From assembly GCA_963751515.1 (NCBI GenBank), contig CAVVUR010000016.1:12086-76085 (forward strand): a DNA stretch of 64,000 nucleotides, in the 5' to 3' direction. The translations under genes and the position numbers were made by a program. Positions 18,485-25,108 of this stretch are shown piece after piece. The DNA is from an uncultured delta proteobacterium. Its GTDB lineage: Bacteria; Desulfobacterota; WTBG01. The notes under the pieces are model-generated. The model worked only from the letters and a program-made list of their open reading frames with translations. It did not search any database and was not told where the DNA came from. The first letter of the stretch is position 1. Each line of letters begins with the position of its first letter.

Positions 18485-18768
18485 TCCTCCTTGAACATGC
18501 TGATGGCCCCGAACCAGCATTCCCGGTGGCATATGCCGCAGCCCTTGCACTTGGCGGTATCAGCTTCGAAATAACCCTCCTCATTGCGGAACACCGCACC
18601 GTCGGGACAGTACACAAAGCAGAGCCCGCAGCGGATGCATTTGTCCTTGTCCCACTCCGGCGTCCACTCCCGCGCGTCTCCCGGCCGAAATGGCGTGCCA
18701 CTGCCCTGATCAAGCAACGAGCAGCTGATCATCTTTTTCTGAAATCCCGCAGTCGATTCCAAAATCAC
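18481..18768 (-). CDS. PFOR delta-subunit-like 2x[4Fe-4S] ferredoxin
   Basis: The sequence …DKDKCIRCGLCFVYCPDGA…DTAKCKGCGICHRECWFGAI… has the typical PorD layout. Confidence 0.7.
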   Translation of the reverse strand: MILESTAGFQKKMISCSLLDQGSGTPFRPGDAREWTPEWDKDKCIRCGLCFVYCPDGAVFRNEEGYFEADTAKCKGCGICHRECWFGAISMFKEE

Positions 18769-18835
18769 ATCTCCTTTGCAAAAAGTTTACCTGCACTAAC
18801 CATGAACCATGTTCATATTCGCCGTGACCGCAATC

Positions 18836-19006
18836 CTACACTTCTGCCGGCGCCTTCACCGGGCAGACTTTCACGCATGTCCGGCACTCCAGGCAGAGCT
18901 GCACGTCCACAAATGCGCGGTCCTTGACAAAACAGATGGCCGTCCGGGGGCAGAGATCCACGCACCCGCCGCACCCAACACACTTTTCCCTGTCAATTCG
19001 AATCAC
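18836..19006 (-). CDS. Small 2x[4Fe-4S] ferredoxin (56 aa, GTG start), not in the ORF track
   Basis: My own translation is (M)IRIDREKCVGCGGCVDLCPRTAICFVKDRAFVDVQLCLECRTCVKVCPVKAPAEV*. An AAGGAG RBS lies 8 nt upstream of the GTG at 19006. It is the first gene after a good promoter. Confidence 0.6.
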   Translation of the reverse strand: MIRIDREKCVGCGGCVDLCPRTAICFVKDRAFVDVQLCLECRTCVKVCPVKAPAEV

Positions 19007-19110
19007 CCTGCGTCTCCTTTAAGCGCCGTGCCTGCTTTCACCCGGTTTTGGCACAGCAATCCGGTTATGCGCCCGCTCCCGGGCACGGAAAAATAAGACC
19101 GAGACCGTAT

Positions 19111-19139
19111 CTATAATATTTTTATTCCGCGGCTGTCAA
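19111..19139 (-). promoter_or_regulatory. Candidate sigma70 promoter of the ferredoxin/PFOR-like/NuoEFG-like operon
   Basis: On the minus strand there is a perfect TTGACA (19139-19134). It is followed by a 15-17 nt spacer and overlapping TATTAT/TTATAG (19118-19111). Confidence 0.4.
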
Positions 19140-19199
19140 GTTTTTTTCACTTTTTTGCTGCAGCCTCATGCGGCGGCTGATCCCGGCCACCGGTGAGAC

Positions 19200-19231
19200 A
19201 AAAAAGGCCGTTTGGCATAAGCAAAACAGCC
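19200..19231 (-). terminator. Rho-independent terminator downstream of the tRNA
   Basis: The minus-strand RNA GGCUGUUUUGC-UUAU-GCCAAACGGCC forms 10 of 11 pairs. A UUUUUU run follows. Confidence 0.55.
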
Positions 19232-19263
19232 CCCCTTGCTTCATTCACCTCAGCGGGAAAAAG

Positions 19264-19340
19264 TGGTGGCGGTGCAGGGAGTCGAACCCCGGACACTGCG
19301 GATATGAGCCGCATGCTCTAACCACCTGAGCTACACCGCC
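19264..19340 (-). tRNA. tRNA with CAU anticodon (elongator Met type; lysidine-modified Ile2 not excluded)
   Basis: The reverse complement is GGCGGTGTAGCTCAGGTGGTTAGAGCATGCGGCTCATATCCGCAGTGTCCGGGGTTCGACTCCCTGCACCGCCACCA. It folds as a cloverleaf with a 7-bp acceptor stem, anticodon loop CTCATAT and an encoded CCA. The 1:72 position is paired and the anticodon stem lacks the GGG/CCC triplet, so it is not an initiator. Confidence 0.9.
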
Positions 19341-19393
19341 CTATTCCACGGACTTCCATGAAACCTCAAGCTTCTCCACCCCCGCAGCCGTGC

Positions 19394-20272
19394 TCAATCT
19401 CCGGCAGAGGGCTCATCCGCCTTCGGCTGCGGTTCGGCTGCGTCCTCAAGCTCATCAACTGACTTATCATATGCCGGGTTTTCAGGGGGGGCCTTAATTG
19501 CTCCTTTTCTCTTAAACAGAAGATTCTTTAACCCGCCCTCTCCTTCCTTCTCTTCATCGGCAGCTTCTTCTTCACCGGTAGCTGTGGTAGCTTCATCCTC
19601 CTGCACCGGCTCCCCGGTTTGAACACCGCCGGATGCGTCCGAAGGCGCCTCAGGCTTTACCGGCTCATCACTTTCTGTCATAGGTTCAGGACCTGCCCTG
19701 CCGCCTGCCGCACCTCCCGCACTCTCCGAACGCGCCTTCACTGCCGGTTCGGCGGGCGAAGGAAGATCCTCTTCAGGGGTCAGCACCCCATCCTCAACCG
19801 CCCCCCGCACCTCCTGGGCGATGAGCTGCAGACGGGGTATCACCTCGTCCTGCCCCAGGGTTTGTGAAAATACCGGCACGGGGGCACCCGCACCCGAAAC
19901 GGCAAGCATGTTGACAGCGATGATCAGGTCGTTCCCCATTGTCGCTGCGCTGCCAAAAAGCACGTAATCAGCCCCGAGCGACTTTCCCACCCCCCTCACC
20001 TTTTCCAGCGACGGGGTTTCCCGGCCGGCACCTGCATACATTGCTTTTACCGCGGCCTGCTCAATAACCGCCAGGCCGGAGCCGGAAGCGACACGCGAGG
20101 CTATCATGTCCCTCAGACCTTCGGCAATATAATCTATATTCTCCTGCCCGCCGGTGGTCAGGGGAAGAATGGCTATCTTTTGCTTCGGCTGCGGCCCGGC
20201 ATGCAGGGGCATTGCCCTTCCGCAGAGCGCAGCGCTTAAGCACAGGACAAGGACACGAGAAGAGGCTTTCAT
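19394..20272 (-). CDS. Secreted protein with LpoB/TolB-N/CsgG-like N-domain and long acidic, Pro/Glu-rich tail
   Basis: An AAGGAG RBS lies 10 nt upstream of the ATG at 20272. The signal peptide is MKASSRVLVLCLSAALCGRAMPLHA. The pattern KIAILPL…IDYIAEGLRDMI…GADYVLFGS… is typical of this small periplasmic fold. Confidence 0.55.
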   Translation of the reverse strand: MKASSRVLVLCLSAALCGRAMPLHAGPQPKQKIAILPLTTGGQENIDYIAEGLRDMIASRVASGSGLAVIEQAAVKAMYAGAGRETPSLEKVRGVGKSLGADYVLFGSAATMGNDLIIAVNMLAVSGAGAPVPVFSQTLGQDEVIPRLQLIAQEVRGAVEDGVLTPEEDLPSPAEPAVKARSESAGGAAGGRAGPEPMTESDEPVKPEAPSDASGGVQTGEPVQEDEATTATGEEEAADEEKEGEGGLKNLLFKRKGAIKAPPENPAYDKSVDELEDAAEPQPKADEPSAGD

Positions 20273-20429
20273 AAACAAAACGCTCCTTACGCTCAGGAGC
20301 ACACTACGGGTGCTTGTTTAGTTGTTTACATTGCGGGAATAATTTTTTATTATTATATCGCCTTGCAATTGTCAATAAAAAACAGCCCGCGCGCGGATGC
20401 GCACGCCTCGCGCCGGCCATCCAACCAGC

Positions 20430-21540
20430 ATGGCCCTTGTCTGCATAGAAAAAATACAGCAGACCCTGTCTGCCGCCGTGGAGCTGCTGCTGAGTCATGC
20501 AGGTCTTCCTGATAGCCTCAGCGGCGAATCCATTCTGCTCAAGCCCAACCTGTTTGAGCCCCTCGCACATCACCGGGCAGACCACCAGCCCTTTCCTGGT
20601 GGAAGCGGTGATGCAGTGTTGCCGCCGGCGGGGGGCCCGCGCGGTAACGGTTGGAGAAGGGCCGAGCTACTTTACCGCTGACCATGCCCTCAGGGAATGT
20701 TTTACGAAAACCGGCATCTCGGAGGTCTGTGAGCGCTGCAATGCCCCGTGGGTCCTTTTTGATGAACACCCCTACCGTACGTTCAAGGATGTTTCCCCCG
20801 ACCTGCCTGCCGAATTCAAAATATCAGAGCACGCCTTTGTGCATGACCGGATCATCAACCTTCCGGTCCCCAAAACGCATTATTTGACCACCGTGTCCGT
20901 CGCCATGAAGAACCTCAAAGGATTTGTGAAGCGTGAGCACAAGCCGCTTTTTCATCGCGTCGGCGTTGACGGCGCGGTAGTCGCGCTCAACACCATCATC
21001 AGGCCGTTCATGAACGTGGTGGACTTTACCACCCAGCCTGGGCAGACGGCATCCTTTGTCCTGGCAGGAAAAGACATCGTGGCCGTGGACAGCGTCAGCA
21101 CCGCGCTCATGGGGTTAAGCCCCGGGGAGATACGGACCATCCGTCTGGGTTTTCAGGCCGGATTGGGAGAGATGCGTTTTGAGGGGATTGATATCAGGGG
21201 GGAGGATATCAAGGGCCTGCGCATGCAGTACGAACTCCCCGCGCAGTGGCTTGTGAAGACATTCCCCGATCTCACCATCAGGGGAGAGGATACGGCCTGC
21301 AGCGGATGCATCATTCCCCTGTTTTCATCCCTCCGCCAGCTGGCTCAGGAGAGCCGGGTGTTCAAACATCCCCTTACCGTTGCGCTCGGCACCACCCCGG
21401 TCACCGCAGGCGGCGCGTTAATCACCGTCGGAGCATGCGCGTCAAACAGCGCGGAGACTGAACACCGGGTTGGCGGATGTCCCCCGGACCGGGAGGACAT
21501 GGTGAAGGCCTTACGGGAATTGACCCGGCACAGGGGCTGA
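20430..21540 (+). pseudogene. DUF362-domain protein, reading frame broken by a 1-nt indel near 20560-20575
   Basis: The N-terminal piece (frame of ORF 20397..20681) reads MALVCIEK…ESILLKPNLFEPLAH. The rest (ORF 20497..21540) continues …ITGQTTSPFLVEAVMQCCRRRGARAVTVGEGPS… Together they reproduce the canonical DUF362 'KPNl…TT.P.vv.av…vgeg' N-terminus. Confidence 0.6.
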
Positions 21541-21563
21541 GGGGAACGAGGCAATTAAAATTA

Positions 21564-23102
21564 TTACTTCCGCGAAAATCCTAATTTCTCAATCAGCGAT
21601 CCCTGCATGAAACTTTCCCGCAGGCCTGCAATGATCTTCGTTAGCTCAGGCGAGGCTTCCCGCGCAAATAATGCAAGCAGCTGATCAGCGTGCGCACGCG
21701 TACCGCTATCGAGGCCGGCCCGTTCTCCCCTGAGCCGGGACTGTATCACCGGGATCGCTTCTTTTGCCAGGCTGTACGCTGCTACCCTCACCCGCGGGTT
21801 GCAGAAGCAGATCACCAGCGCTTCAATGGCGTGGGGTGAATAATAGAGATCGATCAACTGTCTCCCCTCAGGAGTCGCGGCGAGCACCTCGTCCCGAACC
21901 CTCCGCAAGGCACCCATTTCAGCCCCGGTCAACGGCAGCGCAAGGGAAGTGAAGCAGGGAAATGGCGGCGCGGCCGCCGCGGTGGTAAAGCTCCAGATGT
22001 CACTGTAGACGGGTGGACCTTCGACGCATTCGTCGACCGCCCTGACCTTCCAGTAATAGGTTGTGTCGGGGTTGAGCTGGCCGCCTCCCCGGTTTGGATC
22101 ACAGTAAGGAACGCTCAGATTGTCACAGACGAGCGCGCTGAAGCTCTCGTTTTCAACCAGCGACCGGTCCGAGGAAAAATAGACGATTTGATGAATGATG
22201 CCGTCCACCTGCTCCTGCGACTCCCCTTCCCACCACTTGAGGGTTGTAAAAAGGGACTGGTCGAAAGCACCGTCTTCCGGAGCGGGGGAATTCGGGTACG
22301 GAGGCTGCATGTCCCGCTGCAGCACCACCGTCACCGCCGATTCAGCCGGCGGCTCGGCGTTGGAAGAGGTAACCTTTATGGAGGCGCTGTAAAGCCCGGT
22401 GCATCCCTCCTGCTTGGAGCGGTCTATTCTCACTTTTATGGCCTCGCTGGTCCCGCTGGATAGCGTACCGCTCAGGCTGCTGCTGCCGTTGATGGTAAAC
22501 CAGTCCGCGCTTGACGGAACAGCGGCCTTCCAAGCCATTTCTCCCTGGCCGTTGTTCTTAACCAGGAATGTTTCCTCATCCACCAATGAACCGAAATCCA
22601 GCTCATTGGGCTCCACCCTGAGAATGTTGTATTCGGCAATGGTCATGGTGGTGTTGACCTCGAGCTGATCCAGCACCAGCAGTGGATCACAGCTTTGCGT
22701 CAGCTCATCATACGCGTACTGTTGCACGATGAATTTTCCGGCATGAATGCCGACCGGATCCCTTCCCTCGTTCTTCAGCTGCGGGACAATGCACAGTCCG
22801 CAGGCGCCCAGCGATACCTGCGCATACCTCTGATCTCCTGCCGTGAGATCAATCATCCCCGCCGCGTTGCCTTCAACGCTGAGCCAGTCATCATCCGCCA
22901 CCACTCCCCAGCAGAGCACCCCGTCACCGCAATTGGAAATGGTAATTTTTTGAACTTTTATTTTAGGAGAATAGGGTTCCACCTCTCCGAAGTCGACCGT
23001 CTCTGGTATGATCTGGAGCTGCGGCTGAGCATAAGTGGATGAAACAAAAAGCATTGCAAATATTACTGCAGGGAACACTCCGCGCACATGGCTTTTCAGC
23101 AC
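21564..23102 (-). CDS. Secreted multidomain protein (two BACON/Ig-like modules, FN3-like module, unassigned C-terminal domain)
   Basis: The signal peptide is …AMLFVSSTYA. Two modules follow the pattern '…DFG…ITISN.G.G.L.W…DDWLSV…' The FN3-like part reads …LNPDTTYYWKVRAVD…WSFTT. The domain calls are by eye. Confidence 0.5.
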   Translation of the reverse strand: MLKSHVRGVFPAVIFAMLFVSSTYAQPQLQIIPETVDFGEVEPYSPKIKVQKITISNCGDGVLCWGVVADDDWLSVEGNAAGMIDLTAGDQRYAQVSLGACGLCIVPQLKNEGRDPVGIHAGKFIVQQYAYDELTQSCDPLLVLDQLEVNTTMTIAEYNILRVEPNELDFGSLVDEETFLVKNNGQGEMAWKAAVPSSADWFTINGSSSLSGTLSSGTSEAIKVRIDRSKQEGCTGLYSASIKVTSSNAEPPAESAVTVVLQRDMQPPYPNSPAPEDGAFDQSLFTTLKWWEGESQEQVDGIIHQIVYFSSDRSLVENESFSALVCDNLSVPYCDPNRGGGQLNPDTTYYWKVRAVDECVEGPPVYSDIWSFTTAAAAPPFPCFTSLALPLTGAEMGALRRVRDEVLAATPEGRQLIDLYYSPHAIEALVICFCNPRVRVAAYSLAKEAIPVIQSRLRGERAGLDSGTRAHADQLLALFAREASPELTKIIAGLRESFMQGSLIEKLGFSRK

Positions 23103-23429
23103 CGTTTATCACCTCGCACTTAGTAGTTACGTAATTCTGTCACTGGCATACAATCAGCGCCACACCCTCTGTCTTCGGAAAAAGGCCGGAAAAACTTTAA
23201 CCGGCATTGAGCTCATTGAGTTATATGCTGCCTGGCATACATACAGTGCACGCACCATGAATGTATCCGGCGGAAACAGGCAGGACATACCGAGTGACAG
23301 GCAAATTGTGGCATGCCGGTAATAAAAAGCTTTAATTCCTGCCGCACCTATGCTAGAAAACAGCCACTTGATCCTCGATTACTTAAGGATATGCTGCTGT
23401 CAGACCTGTGATACCCAAAGGAGGGGAAC

Positions 23430-24350
23430 ATGAAAATTTTGATTACCGGCGGGGCGGGTTTTATCGCCTCCCACGTTGCCGATCTGCTGATAGACAACGG
23501 TCATGCCATAGTCATCGTCGACGACCTTTCCAACGGCAGGAGGGAAAATATAAATCCCCATGCCGCCTTCTACCATGCAAGCATTCTGGACCAGACGCTT
23601 GCCGACATCTTCAGAAAAGAAAAACCGGAAGTGGTGATCCACCACGCGGCCCAGATCTCGGTCAGGAACTCCGTGCAGGACCCCCTGAACGACATGGAAA
23701 TAAATATCAGGGGATCTCTGCTGCTGCTCGAGCAGTGTAAGAACTGCCGGGTGCAAAAATTTATTTTTTCATCCACCGGCGGGGCGCTGTACGGGGAACA
23801 GGACTATTTCCCCGCGGATGAAAATCACCCCACCCGTCCGCTCAGCCCCTACGCCATCGCCAAGCTGAGCGTGGAGAAATACCTTTTCTTTTATCATACC
23901 ACCCACCGTCTTCCCTATACCGTTCTCAGGTATGCCAATGTGTATGGCCCCCGGCAGGATCCCTTCGGCGAAGCCGGGGTTATAGCCATCTTCAGCCAGA
24001 AAATGCTTAAGGGCGATCAGCCGGTCATTAACGGTGACGGTAACCAGACCAGGGATTTTGTTTACGTGGGTGATGTTGCCCGCGCCAATCTGCTGGCGCT
24101 CAATCACCAGGTAACCGGTGAAATAAATATCGGCACCGGCATAGAAACATCCATCAATACCATTTTCCATGAAATCAGATCATTACTGGCACCCGCTACG
24201 CCGGCAGTGCACGGGCCGGCCATGCCCGGCGAACAGCTGCGCAGCGTTCTCTCCTGCAAGAAGGCCCATGCTGTTTTAGGGTGGGAACCAACGGTGCCGC
24301 TCACCGAAGGGCTCAGGCACACGGTTGACTTTTTCAGGAACCAGCAATAA
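23430..24350 (+). CDS. NAD-dependent epimerase/dehydratase (UDP-glucose 4-epimerase-like SDR)
   Basis: An AAAGGAGG RBS is present. The N-terminus is MKILITGGAGFIASHV, and the YxxxK motif is present (SPYAIAKLS). Confidence 0.85.
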   Translation: MKILITGGAGFIASHVADLLIDNGHAIVIVDDLSNGRRENINPHAAFYHASILDQTLADIFRKEKPEVVIHHAAQISVRNSVQDPLNDMEINIRGSLLLLEQCKNCRVQKFIFSSTGGALYGEQDYFPADENHPTRPLSPYAIAKLSVEKYLFFYHTTHRLPYTVLRYANVYGPRQDPFGEAGVIAIFSQKMLKGDQPVINGDGNQTRDFVYVGDVARANLLALNHQVTGEINIGTGIETSINTIFHEIRSLLAPATPAVHGPAMPGEQLRSVLSCKKAHAVLGWEPTVPLTEGLRHTVDFFRNQQ

Positions 24351-24444
24351 GCCCCTATCAGAATTCTCCCTTCACTATTCTCCTGCACGTCTTTGATGCA
24401 AAAATAGATTTGGGGTGCCCACTCAGCCTGAACCACTCCGGCAG

Positions 24445-24530
24445 GGAGAGGGATCGATTGGTTTCCTTCTTTTCCTAAAGGGAAGAGAGAATCAATTTGT
24501 ATTCCCTCGCTCCCCGGGGAGAGAGGGATT
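24445..24530. repeat. GGGAGAGGG-type palindromic (REP-like) element cluster
   Basis: gggagagggatcgattg (24445-24461) pairs imperfectly with caatttgtattccctcgctccc (24493-24514). This is followed by the near-perfect palindrome tccctcgctcccc|ggggagagaggga (24502-24530). A related hairpin lies at 28134..28158. Confidence 0.4.
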
Positions 24531-24989
24531 TGAGAAAGGAGACGCGTGTGGCATGGGGACATTCGTGCAAACCATGGGTGGTGGACTGAAATGGGGATAA
24601 CCGGAAGGATATCCTGCTGGGCAATGGCAGCCTTATGCTTTCCCTCAACGAGGGAAGTGACCGTCATCCCCTCTTCGGCCCTGCGCCCTCTGATGGCAGG
24701 AGGAAAGGAAATCCAGGTTGATGGCACATCTGCGCCCTGTGTTGTCGACTGGAATGCTGACGGGCAGTTGGATGTGCTGGTGGGTACCGGCAACGGGCAG
24801 ATAAACGTCTATTACGCAGCTACCGGAGAGGAAGAACCGGCGATCACCCACAGTGAAACCATTGAGCTCAACGGACAGTCGATGATGCTGGAAGGTGCTG
24901 TATTCCCCTTCCCCGTGGACTGGAATGAGGACGGAAGCACTGAACTGCTCATCGGAACCGGAGAGGGGGAAATGTATCTCGCCCTCTAG
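24482..24989 (+). pseudogene. FG-GAP/VCBS-repeat protein remnant (5'-truncated, in-frame TGA, frameshift)
   Basis: Frame 2 reads …GHSCKPWVVD*NGDNRKDILLGNGSLMLSLNEGSDRHPLFGPAP. The TGA (24587-24589) sits where the two downstream repeats have Trp (VVDWNADGQLDVLVGTGNG, VDWNEDGSTELLIGTGEG). Those repeats are in a different frame (ORF 24546..24989). Confidence 0.5.
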
Positions 24990-25054
24990 TACACAGAAAT
25001 CAGGGAACCACCGTACACATAATCAAATCACTTCTCCCGCAACCTTATTATCAT

Positions 25055-25094
25055 AAAAAATAGCCCCCAAGCCTGTTGTTGGCCAAGGGGCTAT
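25055..25094 (-). terminator. Rho-independent terminator of the TSP3/dockerin gene
   Basis: The stem atagcccc…ggggctat has an inner gcc/ggc stem. On the minus strand it is followed by a U6 run (the complement of A 25055-25060). Confidence 0.55.
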
Positions 25095-25108
25095 TCCCAT
25101 GGTTACGT

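Noticed and set aside
23144-23158. Sigma-54-like promoter TGGCAT-N5-CAGC upstream of the epimerase gene
   Set aside because: The GG/GC spacing fits, but the −12 element lacks the TTGC consensus and the site is ~275 nt from the start codon. A second nearby TGGCAT (~23234) has wrong spacing. This is too weak to call.
24587-24589. In-frame TGA as a selenocysteine codon
   Set aside because: It replaces the conserved Trp of the DWN.DG FG-GAP motif (TGG in both sister repeats). The locus is also truncated and frameshifted, and no SECIS-like hairpin is evident immediately downstream.
24104-24793. 229-aa minus-strand ORF spanning the 3' end of the epimerase gene and the palindromic repeat region
   Set aside because: It overlaps a solid '+' gene and a repeat cluster. 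It has no RBS or recognisable domain, and the '+' frames here show FG-GAP repeat remnants instead.
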